Assembly (NCBI RefSeq): GCF_044324875.1
Contig: NZ_CP172185.1
DNA length: 64,000 nucleotides
Direction: 5' to 3' (one strand)
From: Escherichia coli
Lineage (GTDB): Bacteria; Pseudomonadota; Gammaproteobacteria; Enterobacterales; Enterobacteriaceae
Shown here: piece after piece, positions 11,854 through 20,967 of the stretch
How the letters are laid out: every line of letters starts with the position of its first letter
How positions within the stretch are numbered: the stretch's first letter is position 1
The notes under the pieces: model-generated
What the model was told of the DNA's origin: nothing
Databases searched by the model: none
The model's input: only the letters and a program-made list of their open reading frames with translations
Made by a program: the position numbers and the translations under genes

Positions 11854-12188
11854 AAGCGCATCCTCTAAGTGTAAATACATCAATGCAGCGTCATGCCGCG
11901 TAATAGATTTATGCTAACCAGTCATTGCCGTTTACGCCACGTTACGGACACTTTTTTACTTTTATACTCTAAATAATTCGAGTTGCAGGAAGGCGATAAG
12001 TGAGTGAGTCCCCAGGAGCTTACAGAAGTAAGTGACTGGGGTGAGCGAGCGTAAGCGCAGCACATGCAACTTGAAGTATGACGAGTATACTGCGAGGGTG
12101 ATCGACCGGCTGGGATTAGATAAGGAAACAGGCTACACTTCGCCTTTGAAAACTCATCATCACGATAAACATAGAGGCGAAGTCCAAC

Positions 12189-13856
12189 GTGGCTCAATTC
12201 GTTTATACCATGCATCGTGTCGGCAAAGTTGTTCCGCCGAAACGTCATATTTTGAAAAACATCTCTCTGAGTTTCTTCCCTGGGGCAAAAATTGGTGTCC
12301 TGGGTCTGAACGGCGCGGGTAAGTCCACCCTGCTGCGCATTATGGCGGGCATTGATAAAGACATCGAAGGCGAAGCGCGTCCGCAACCGGATATCAAGAT
12401 TGGTTATCTGCCGCAGGAACCGCAGCTGAACCCGGAACACACCGTGCGTGAGTCCATTGAAGAAGCGGTTTCAGAAGTGGTTAACGCCCTGAAACGCCTG
12501 GATGAAGTGTATGCGCTGTACGCCGATCCGGATGCCGATTTTGACAAGCTGGCCGCTGAACAAGGCCGTCTGGAAGAGATCATTCAGGCTCACGACGGTC
12601 ACAACCTGAACGTTCAGCTGGAGCGTGCGGCGGATGCGCTGCGTCTGCCGGACTGGGACGCGAAAATCGCTAACCTCTCCGGTGGTGAGCGTCGTCGCGT
12701 GGCGTTGTGCCGCCTGCTGCTGGAAAAACCAGACATGCTGCTGCTCGACGAACCGACCAACCACCTGGATGCCGAATCCGTGGCCTGGCTGGAACGCTTC
12801 CTGCACGACTTCGAAGGCACCGTTGTGGCGATTACCCACGACCGTTACTTCCTCGATAACGTTGCGGGCTGGATCCTCGAACTGGACCGCGGTGAAGGTA
12901 TTCCGTGGGAAGGTAACTACTCCTCCTGGCTGGAGCAGAAAGATCAGCGCCTGGCGCAGGAAGCTTCACAAGAAGCGGCGCGTCGTAAGTCGATCGAGAA
13001 AGAGCTGGAGTGGGTACGTCAGGGAACTAAAGGCCGCCAGTCGAAAGGTAAAGCACGTCTGGCACGCTTTGAAGAGCTGAACAGCACCGAATACCAGAAA
13101 CGTAACGAAACCAACGAACTGTTTATTCCACCTGGACCGCGTCTGGGCGATAAAGTGCTGGAAGTCAGCAACCTGCGTAAATCCTACGGCGATCGCCTGC
13201 TGATTGATGACCTGAGCTTCTCGATCCCGAAAGGGGCGATCGTCGGGATCATCGGTCCGAACGGCGCGGGTAAATCGACCCTGTTCCGTATGATCTCCGG
13301 TCAGGAACAGCCGGACAGCGGCACCATCACTTTGGGTGAAACGGTGAAACTGGCATCGGTTGATCAGTTCCGTGACTCAATGGATAACAGCAAAACCGTT
13401 TGGGAAGAAGTTTCCGGCGGGCTGGATATTATGAAGATCGGCAACACCGAGATGCCAAGCCGCGCCTACGTTGGCCGCTTTAACTTTAAAGGGGTTGATC
13501 AGGGTAAACGCGTTGGTGAACTTTCCGGTGGTGAGCGCGGTCGTCTGCATCTGGCGAAGCTGCTGCAAGTTGGCGGCAACATGCTGCTGCTCGACGAACC
13601 AACCAACGACCTGGATATCGAAACCCTGCGCGCGCTGGAAAACGCTCTGCTGGAGTTCCCGGGCTGCGCGATGGTTATCTCGCACGACCGTTGGTTCCTC
13701 GACCGTATCGCCACGCACATCCTGGACTACCAGGATGAAGGTAAAGTCGAGTTCTTCGAAGGTAACTTTACCGAGTACGAAGAATACAAGAAACGCACGC
13801 TGGGCGCAGACGCGCTGGAGCCGAAGCGTATCAAGTACAAGCGTATTGCGAAGTAA
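12189..13856 (+). CDS. ettA: ABC-F translation throttle protein EttA
   Basis: 555 aa; two ABC ATPase cassettes (GLNGAGKST; GPNGAGKST; LSGGE signatures); GTG start. Confidence 0.95.
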   Translation: MAQFVYTMHRVGKVVPPKRHILKNISLSFFPGAKIGVLGLNGAGKSTLLRIMAGIDKDIEGEARPQPDIKIGYLPQEPQLNPEHTVRESIEEAVSEVVNALKRLDEVYALYADPDADFDKLAAEQGRLEEIIQAHDGHNLNVQLERAADALRLPDWDAKIANLSGGERRRVALCRLLLEKPDMLLLDEPTNHLDAESVAWLERFLHDFEGTVVAITHDRYFLDNVAGWILELDRGEGIPWEGNYSSWLEQKDQRLAQEASQEAARRKSIEKELEWVRQGTKGRQSKGKARLARFEELNSTEYQKRNETNELFIPPGPRLGDKVLEVSNLRKSYGDRLLIDDLSFSIPKGAIVGIIGPNGAGKSTLFRMISGQEQPDSGTITLGETVKLASVDQFRDSMDNSKTVWEEVSGGLDIMKIGNTEMPSRAYVGRFNFKGVDQGKRVGELSGGERGRLHLAKLLQVGGNMLLLDEPTNDLDIETLRALENALLEFPGCAMVISHDRWFLDRIATHILDYQDEGKVEFFEGNFTEYEEYKKRTLGADALEPKRIKYKRIAK

Positions 13857-13865
13857 TGCGTAAAA

Positions 13866-13899
13866 TGCCGGATGCGGCGCGCCAGCATCGCATCCGGTA
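13866..13899. terminator. REP-like palindromic hairpin downstream of ettA
   Basis: gccggatgcggcgcgccagcatcgcatccggt: imperfect inverted repeat typical of REP units. Confidence 0.5.
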
Positions 13900-14011
13900 T
13901 TAGTTAAATGATTAGTCCCCGGAAAAAAGCAAAATTTTCTTTAAGCGTATTAGCTCAGATGCGGACTGACATCTCAAATCAAGCGGGAACTCATGGTTCC
14001 CGCTTAACGTT

Positions 14012-14899
14012 TTATTCACCGCGCAGGATCTGGCGGAAATGGGAAACCAGCGGACGTTGGTTGGCTTTATGCCAGGCTGCCCATAATTGCGTTGAATAAT
14101 TCATCCACGGCAATTCACGTAATACCACCCCTTCCGGCGCATTATGACGCAGACTATTTTGAATTAAGGCCAGACCTAATCCCGCAGCGACCAAACCTAA
14201 TGCCGTGAGGGGTTCACCCGCTTCCAGGCGAATATCAGGATTAAACCCGGCGTTAACACAGGCGGCGACAAAATGATCGCGAGAATGCGCATCGTCGTTA
14301 TGAATCACCGCAATCCACTGCTCATCGCCAAGTTGTGACGCGACAAGGTTTTCCTCCTGCGCCAGAGGATGATTTTGCGGTAAGGCCAACAACATTCGAT
14401 CATCCAGAACCTGAATATATTCCAGATCCTGCTCGCTGTCGGTGGGCGGCGTATCGACCAGAGAAAAATCGAGACTGCGCTGACGCAGGCCTTCAATCTG
14501 GGTAGCCGGTGGTTGGCTGTAAAGAGCGATATGCACATTCGGACGCGATACACGTAACGTACGTAGCGCCGTAGAAAGCACACCGGAATGCATGGCGTTT
14601 TCGATATAGCCAATACACAAGCCACCATCTTCCCCCCGTCCCAGGCGTTTGCCTAACGACTCCAGGCGGTTGGCGTGTGTCAGCAACGAACGTGTTTCGG
14701 CAAGGAATGTCTGTCCATCAGCGGTCAGGCGAATGCGCTGCTGATTACGCTCAAACAGCGTCAGTCCCAGCCGTTCTTCCAGTTGTGCAATCTGGCGGCT
14801 CAGCGGCGATTGCGAGATATGTAATCGCTCGGCTGCGCGTCCCACGTGCTCTTCTTCTGCGACCACCACGAAGTACTTCAGTTGGCGTAAATCAATCAT
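14012..14899 (-). CDS. LysR-family transcriptional regulator (accessory)
   Basis: ORF 14012..15028; likely start at Met 14899 giving MIDLRQLKYFVVVAEEEHVGRAAERLHISQSPLSRQIAQLEERLG... (LysR HTH); divergent from the aldo-keto reductase gene. Confidence 0.85.
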   Translation of the reverse strand: MIDLRQLKYFVVVAEEEHVGRAAERLHISQSPLSRQIAQLEERLGLTLFERNQQRIRLTADGQTFLAETRSLLTHANRLESLGKRLGRGEDGGLCIGYIENAMHSGVLSTALRTLRVSRPNVHIALYSQPPATQIEGLRQRSLDFSLVDTPPTDSEQDLEYIQVLDDRMLLALPQNHPLAQEENLVASQLGDEQWIAVIHNDDAHSRDHFVAACVNAGFNPDIRLEAGEPLTALGLVAAGLGLALIQNSLRHNAPEGVVLRELPWMNYSTQLWAAWHKANQRPLVSHFRQILRGE

Positions 14900-15031
14900 G
14901 TTAGACCTCAAAGGACTTAAGTCAGACGAATTATGTCCTATCAAGTCACAACCTCGCAAGGTATTGTGATCCACGTCACAGGGCAATAGCAAAAAACGCC
15001 CGAACCCAAACCGAATAATTGAGGACATCTT

Positions 15032-16042
15032 ATGAGCATCAAAAATTTACTTCCCGGCAAAATTGGCTTAGGCGGCGCACCACTCGGCAACATGTTCCGT
15101 GCCATTCCGGAAGAAGAGGCCCACGCCACCGTGAGCGAAGCCTGGAACCTGGGTGTGCGTTACTTTGATACCGCGCCGCTGTACGGCTCTGGCCTTTCTG
15201 AAATCCGCATGGGTGAAGCGCTGTCTCAGTATCCACGCGATGAATACGTTCTGAGTAGCAAAGTCGGTCGCATCGTGCTGGACGAAATGGAAGATCCGGC
15301 AAAACGGGATTTCGGTGAAAAAGGTGGCCTGTTCGAACACGGCCTGAAAAACAAAATTCTGAATGACTACTCTGCTGACGCCACGCTGCGCTCGATTGAA
15401 GACAGCCTGAAACGCCTGAAAACAGATCGTCTGGATATTGTCTGGATCCACGACCCGGCGCAGGACTTCTACGGTGACAGCTGGCTGGAGCAGTTCAACA
15501 TAGCCCGTACCGGTGCGTTTCGTGCGCTGACGCGTTTGCGTGACGAAGGTGTGATTAAAGCCTGGGGACTGGGTGTCAACCGCGTCGAACCTTGCGAACT
15601 GACGCTGGCGCTGGACGAACCGAAGCCGGATGCGTTCCTGCTGGCGGGGCGTTATTCCCTGCTGGATCACGAACGTGCGCTGCAACGCCTGATGCCAGAA
15701 GCACTGGAACAGAACGTGGATATTGTTGTGGGCGGTCCGTACAGCTCTGGCGTACTGGCAGGCGGCGAGCACTTTGAATATCAGAAAGCTTCTGCGGCCA
15801 TCCAGCAGAAAGTGGCGCAAATTAACGCCATTGCCACACGTTTCAATGTGAACGTTAAAGCGGCTGCGCTGCAGTTCGCGCTGGCAAACCCGGCCGTTGC
15901 AGCGGTTATTCCTGGCTCCAGCCGTCCTGGCCGTATGGCAGAAGATCTGGCTGCACTGAATGCGCCTGTTCCGGCTGAATTCTGGGCAGAAATGCGCCGT
16001 CAAAATCTGGTTGCGGAAAACGCTCCGCTGCCGACCCGTTAA
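15032..16042 (+). CDS. Aldo-keto reductase family oxidoreductase (accessory)
   Basis: 336 aa; AKR-like pattern (FDTAPLYG, IVWIHDP, LAGRYSLL); divergently paired with LysR regulator. Confidence 0.85.
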   Translation: MSIKNLLPGKIGLGGAPLGNMFRAIPEEEAHATVSEAWNLGVRYFDTAPLYGSGLSEIRMGEALSQYPRDEYVLSSKVGRIVLDEMEDPAKRDFGEKGGLFEHGLKNKILNDYSADATLRSIEDSLKRLKTDRLDIVWIHDPAQDFYGDSWLEQFNIARTGAFRALTRLRDEGVIKAWGLGVNRVEPCELTLALDEPKPDAFLLAGRYSLLDHERALQRLMPEALEQNVDIVVGGPYSSGVLAGGEHFEYQKASAAIQQKVAQINAIATRFNVNVKAAALQFALANPAVAAVIPGSSRPGRMAEDLAALNAPVPAEFWAEMRRQNLVAENAPLPTR

Positions 16043-16061
16043 TCAACCTGGTGAGAAAACG

Positions 16062-16858
16062 ATGAAACTGGATCTGACAGGTAAAGTCGCGGTGGTCAGC
16101 GGCTCAACCTCCGGCATTGGGCAGGGTATCGCCGCCGGACTGGCAAAAGCAGGCGCAACGGTGGTTGTCGTCGGCCGTAAACAGCGCGGCGTTGATGATG
16201 CCATGGCTGCGATTGCGGCACAAACTCCCACGGCGTCACTGCGCGGCGTGGTGGCCGATCTCAGCACCGAAGACGGCGTGGCTGCGCTGATCGCTGCAGT
16301 CCCAACGGCTGATGTGCTGGTCAATAATCTGGGCATTTTTAACGATAAAGATTTCTTTAGCGTTCCGGATGATGAGTGGATGCACTTCTATAACGTCAAC
16401 GTCCTCTCCGGCGTTCGTCTGGCGCGTCACTATGCGCCAGGCATGACGGAACAGGGCTGGGGCGGATTATCTTTGTCTCGTCTGAATCCGGCGTGGCAAT
16501 TCCTGGCGACATGATCAACTACGGCGTCACCAAAGCCGCGAATCTGGCGGTTTCTCATGGTCTGGCGAAACGACTGGCAGGGACCGGTGTGACCGTCAAC
16601 GCCATTCTGCCAGGGCCAACCTTTACCGATGGCCTGAAAGAGATGCTGGCGGATGCCGCTGCACAATCGGGACGCAGTGCGCGTGAACAGGCCGATGAGT
16701 TTGTTAAAACCTCGCGTCCGAGCTCCATCATCCAGCGTGCGGCGGATGTGGAAGAAGTGGCGAATCTGGCGGTTTATCTCGCGTCACCGCTTTCCTCGGC
16801 AACCACAGGGGCAGCCCTGCGCGTCGATGGCGGCGTCGTCGACACCCTGACAATGTAA
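16062..16858 (+). pseudogene. Short-chain dehydrogenase/reductase disrupted by a -1 frameshift
   Basis: N-terminal part MKLDLTGKVAVVSGSTSGIGQGIAAGLAKAGATVVVVGR (Rossmann TGxxxGIG) ends at 16514; C-terminal part (AIPGDMINYGVTKAA..., YxxxK active site) runs in a different frame to 16858; frames join at the G-run ctggggcgg near 16457-16463. Confidence 0.75.
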
Positions 16859-16883
16859 CCCTATAAATTAAGAGAAAATTATC

Positions 16884-17300
16884 ATGGCTAAAACAACTGT
16901 ATCGATCGAAATTCCGGCTTCTGCCGACGCCGTATGGCAATTGATGGGCGGCTTTGATGCGCTGCCAGACTGGCTGCCGTTCATCCCGAAAAGCGTAGTG
17001 ACAGAAGGCGGTCGCGTTCGTTCGCTGACAACCTCTGACGGCGGCACTGTGGTTGAACGTCTGGAAGCGTTTGATAACCGTCAACGCAGTTATACCTATT
17101 CCATTATTCAGGCACCGTTCCCGGTGGTGGATTACCTCTCCACCATTACCGTTCATGAAACCGCCGACAGCCAGGTTTCCCGTGTGGAATGGTTCGGTGA
17201 ATTCACCCCGGTGAATGTGACGAACGAAGAGGCCGAAGCGCTGTTTACCGGCATCTATCGGGATGGTCTCAAGGCGCTGAAGGACAACTTTGTTGCCTGA
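16884..17300 (+). CDS. SRPBCC (Bet v1-like / polyketide cyclase-like) family protein
   Basis: 138 aa; MAKTTVSIEIPASADAVWQLMGGFDALPDWLPFI... Confidence 0.7.
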   Translation: MAKTTVSIEIPASADAVWQLMGGFDALPDWLPFIPKSVVTEGGRVRSLTTSDGGTVVERLEAFDNRQRSYTYSIIQAPFPVVDYLSTITVHETADSQVSRVEWFGEFTPVNVTNEEAEALFTGIYRDGLKALKDNFVA

Positions 17301-17457
17301 TGCGATCGACAGGCGTCGGAACGTCCGGCGTCTGATTATTAACAAAAACAGAATAGTCTATTGCCATTTGTATCATTTATGTTATCAGGCAGTAGGCGTA
17401 TTCTCTCCCCATCGCGTTAATAAACGCCAAACAATTAAGACACTCTGGAATATAAAC

Positions 17458-17670
17458 ATGAAAACGATCATCGCAATTTTTACGGCTTCTCTTTTCTCTG
17501 TCGCGGCGTTTAACGCATCGGCGCAAAGCGTGACAGCAACCGGTACAACACTGGATTCCGCTGAAGCGGTTATTGCGCAGAAAGCGAAAGAGATGAACGC
17601 CTCTGAATACAAAATTACCAGCGCTCGCATGGGCAATACCGTCACCATGAGTGCCGAACTGTACAAATAA
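17458..17670 (+). CDS. DUF1471 (YdgH/BhsA/McbA-like) small secreted protein
   Basis: 70 aa with signal peptide MKTIIAIFTASLFSVAAFNASA and ...ASEYKITSARMGNTVTMSAELYK. Confidence 0.7.
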   Translation: MKTIIAIFTASLFSVAAFNASAQSVTATGTTLDSAEAVIAQKAKEMNASEYKITSARMGNTVTMSAELYK

Positions 17671-17694
17671 CCGCACGAGAGACCCATTACGTAA

Positions 17695-18001
17695 TTTGCT
17701 AAATATGCGCTGAATGCGTTGCCATTAATAAACCGTATTGTAATGCCACCGATGACGCGTTCCCGTGCGGGTGACGTTGCGACTGACATAATGGCGGCCT
17801 ATTACGCGCAGCGCGCCAGTGCTGGACTTTTCATTAGCGAAGGTACGCAAATCAGCAGAAGCGCTGCGCATAATTTTCCACGGCACGCTGATTTACTCCG
17901 GTAAAGACACCAAAGCGCGCGCCGAACAGGCGCTGGCTAACGGCTAGTCGGATCTGATTGGATTTGGTCGTCCGTATAGTGCCAAAAGCGGAAGTTGGTA
18001 G
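17695..18001 (+). pseudogene. Remnant of Old-Yellow-Enzyme family NADH:flavin oxidoreductase (NemA-like), internally deleted with stop codons
   Basis: Frame reads ...ALPLINRIVMPPMTRSRAGDVATDIMAAYYAQRASAGLFISEGTQIS (OYE N-terminus) then ...YSGKDTKARAEQALANG*SDLIGFGRPY... (OYE C-terminal motifs); about 250 central codons missing. Confidence 0.65.
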
Positions 18002-18097
18002 TTTCAGCCTATGTTGATAAACGGGGAGCCGGTCAGCACGTAAAGAGATTTTTTTGTACTGCTATGGCCCGATCAAAAATCGATTGAGCCGAATGTG

Positions 18098-18469
18098 CTA
18101 GCTATCTCCGAAGATAATTTTTTCGAGCTCCTGCAAGTCCTGCTGTGATTGCTCGTTAAGGTTAGCCTCTAACTTGTCGTACCATGTAAGCAGTTTCTTG
18201 CCAAGTGGTGTCAAAACCGAGCCTCCACCTTTACTGCCGCCTGTTGATGTAATTACCACCGGCTTACCTATGCCTTTATTGAGTGTATCAATCAGGAGCC
18301 ACGCCCTTTTATAGGGGATTCCCAGATCTTTTGCGGCAGCTGAAAGGGAATGAAACCCATCTATAGCTCGTAAAAGATCGATTTTCCCCGGTCCCAGCGA
18401 GATATTGTCATTAATGTAGATTCGGGGTCTGACCAAAATAAAATCAAACATAAGCGTTTTTTTATTCAT
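18098..18469 (-). CDS. ModE N-terminal-domain-like winged-helix regulator (no Mop domains)
   Basis: ORF 18098..18487; GGAG about 9 nt before Met at 18469; LGPGKIDLLRAIDGFHSLSAAAKDLGIPYKRAWLLIDTLNKGIGKPVVITSTGGSKGGGSVLTPLGKKLL resembles ModE N-domain (GGKGGGGAVLT). Confidence 0.7.
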   Translation of the reverse strand: MNKKTLMFDFILVRPRIYINDNISLGPGKIDLLRAIDGFHSLSAAAKDLGIPYKRAWLLIDTLNKGIGKPVVITSTGGSKGGGSVLTPLGKKLLTWYDKLEANLNEQSQQDLQELEKIIFGDS

Positions 18470-18494
18470 TCTGAGAACTCCGTGCAAAGTATTT

Positions 18495-19301
18495 TTATCG
18501 GGTGTGTTTGAAAGTTTTGATGGCAGAAATAAGAAGGATCACACCAAGTAAAGTCATAAGGGCTTTAAGTGGGAACAAGCCGACCATAAGTCCACCAATT
18601 GCTGCACCAATTACTGAACCAATAACCATCCATACAAACAGTGTCCTTTCTTGCTTCAGAATCAGGAAAGCATCTGCATTTATATAACGGGAAAAGCCAA
18701 CAATCATTGTTGGCAGGCTAATCATCAGTGAAAGACTTCCGGCCAGTTTAATATCTTCCCCGAAAAGGATAACGATTGTGGGGATAAGAAGCTCTCCGCC
18801 AGCCACTCCGAGCAATGCTGCGACTATCCCGATAAAGCCCCCTGATACCACCCCCACAATAATCATGGCAAGGCCAGGTTGAAATAACCCGCCTGAAATA
18901 CTGTGCAACGGCATCTAGGCTTCAGAGAGCATGACAAAAGACAGTAAAACAAGCAGGATCAGAATGATTCTGTCCAGCCAGATTCTGGACATCTTTATGG
19001 CACGACCTGCGGCCCACCATGCTCCAATAAGACTTCCTGCCAGCAAATTTATGACAATATCAAGATGCGCCACCAACTGATCAAAAGATATAGATTTTGT
19101 TCGGAAAATTAAAGCAATAGCCACCACGGCGAGACTCATTGCTTTGTTAAAAATGACGGCTTCCAGAGAAGGGATTTTGAAACTACCGATCAGTACGGGA
19201 AGGCGAAATTCAGCCCCTCCGAGGCCAATCAACCCACCTAAAGCCCCTATTACCGCGCCTGAGAAAAAACCTTTACCATTCCTGTTTGAAACTGACGACA
19301 T
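18495..19301 (-). pseudogene. TauE/SafE-family (DUF81) membrane permease interrupted by in-frame amber codon
   Basis: Two adjacent same-frame ORFs (19301..18915 and 18914..18495) separated only by TAG at 18917-18915; each half has Gly-rich transmembrane helices; combined about 268 aa. Confidence 0.7.
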
Positions 19302-19714
19302 GCGTTCCTCTCTAATTCGTTATGTCTTTTTTGACATAACGACAAGCATAGCATTGCAGAACAGGCGTCTGGTAGTTGCTTGTAAAGACGAGGATTGATC
19401 CAGGTTAAAATTTATTCTATTAACCTGCTCTCCGTTGTTTAACACACCACGATTTATGTGATGCTTTCATGAGAAATTAAAACAACTAAGAACTTCCGCT
19501 TCTCGCTCGAAGCGGACTGTCAGATTTGATTGCATTCTGGCTACGCAACTGGTCGGTTGGAGTATGAAGTTGCTCACGAATAGCCTTAGCATCCGCAATT
19601 TCGTAGCGGGTCACCCGTGCAGGTTCTTTCTAATCTCAACAGCCTCTTCCAGAGAGTTTTTCAACTCATCAAAAAACTCAATTTATACCTCGCCTTTGAG
19701 CCGTTTCATCACGG

Positions 19715-20947
19715 TTATCTCTGCTCCCCCATCATCTCCCGCACAAGTTCCACGCAGCGCAGGAAACGGCTGTCATAATCGTCCTCTTCAACACGCACGA
19801 ATTCGATATTGTTCTCTTCCAGCATCTCCACCAGCAAGTTCTGGAACTCTTTGCGATCCACCGAACTACCGAGGCTGCGTAAACCATCCGCCACCCACGG
19901 GGTGTTGTTCTCCAGCAAGATAACCAGATCAAAACGGTATTCATCAATCAGCGCCTGCACGAACGGATGCTCACGCCCTTCGTACTTTTTGCAGAACGCC
20001 TGGGTAGTGACAAAATCAGTGTCGATAAACGCCACTTTATTGGCGTATTTCACTGCAAAATCAATATATTGCGCGTGTCCCAGCGCGATTTTATCGTAGT
20101 CAGAATACTGCAATGCGATCTCATCACCGCCGAGGTGTGAAAAGACATAATCGCGACCATATTCCCACGCACTGGTGGTATTGAAGATATTGGCAAGTTT
20201 GTTTACCAGGGTGGATTTACCGCTCGACTCGCCGCCAAGGATCGCCACGGTACGCACAAAAAACGGCTTCACTTCAGTGGGGATATATTCCCAGTAGCGG
20301 AACGGGTTTTCGCGGATCTGCGCACCGCTGATACTCATAAAGGTGCGTTTCGGATCGACCAGCACCGTTTCGATCCCCAGATGTTCCATATACTGTGGCG
20401 CATCGGCTTCTTCCGAGGTGTAGATCAGGTCCGGCTGGATCCCCTTTTCAGCCATAAACTTTTTGATGCCATTGCTCCACACATCCCAGCCGTGCGGATA
20501 TGGCTCCATGCCCTCTTCGTTGAAAGCATGAATACGGATATTTTTCTGATATTTAAAGGTTTGCAATAACCAGCGCAGACGATCCGGCACGGTGGGCTGC
20601 TGCGACATGGCGCTGTCTTCAAACAACGCACGGTCACGGGTATCGTCAAAGCCCATAATGATATGCAGCTCGTCAACCTGGCTACAGGCGCGCTGGATAA
20701 GGTAGATATGTCCGGTATGTAGCGGGTAGAACTTACCGAATACGACACCAATGGTTTTCTTCTGCCGGGGAAATTCAAGCCCCAAAAAACGGTGCAACGC
20801 CTCCAGCTTTTGCGCGCTGGGGCTTTTAATTTTGGCATTCAGTAACTGGCTTAAATACCCTTTGGTCATACCGCTGGCATCAGCTACCTGCTGTAGCGTG
20901 CAGCCCTGTTGCTTGATGGCAGTTTTCAGGTAATCAAATGACGACAT
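19715..20947 (-). CDS. nadR: Bifunctional NMN adenylyltransferase / ribosylnicotinamide kinase and transcriptional regulator NadR
   Basis: ORF 19715..20968; 410 aa from MSSFDYLKTAIKQQGCTLQQVADASGMTKGYLSQLLNAK... (HTH), HTGH nucleotidyltransferase motif, P-loop GGESSGKST. Confidence 0.95.
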   Translation of the reverse strand: MSSFDYLKTAIKQQGCTLQQVADASGMTKGYLSQLLNAKIKSPSAQKLEALHRFLGLEFPRQKKTIGVVFGKFYPLHTGHIYLIQRACSQVDELHIIMGFDDTRDRALFEDSAMSQQPTVPDRLRWLLQTFKYQKNIRIHAFNEEGMEPYPHGWDVWSNGIKKFMAEKGIQPDLIYTSEEADAPQYMEHLGIETVLVDPKRTFMSISGAQIRENPFRYWEYIPTEVKPFFVRTVAILGGESSGKSTLVNKLANIFNTTSAWEYGRDYVFSHLGGDEIALQYSDYDKIALGHAQYIDFAVKYANKVAFIDTDFVTTQAFCKKYEGREHPFVQALIDEYRFDLVILLENNTPWVADGLRSLGSSVDRKEFQNLLVEMLEENNIEFVRVEEDDYDSRFLRCVELVREMMGEQR

Positions 20948-20967
20948 ATCTCCCTCCGTATCTCTCA

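Noticed and set aside
11922-12440. 172-aa minus-strand ORF spanning the slt-ettA intergenic region and the ettA 5-prime end
   Set aside because: Overlaps the well-supported ettA start; low-complexity translation with no domain signature.
15068-16003. 311-aa minus-strand ORF antisense to the aldo-keto reductase gene
   Set aside because: Arg/Gln-rich translation typical of antisense frames in GC-rich coding DNA; the plus-strand AKR gene explains the region.
18915-18917. In-frame TAG in the TauE-like gene as programmed stop-codon readthrough or recoding
   Set aside because: No supporting context (no recoding signal recognisable, no evidence of a suppressor tRNA in this window); a nonsense mutation or natural gene split is the simpler reading.
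13857-19714. Accessory islet as an IS-mediated or integrative mobile element
   Set aside because: No transposase, integrase, inverted terminal repeats or target-site duplications were recognisable at the borders.
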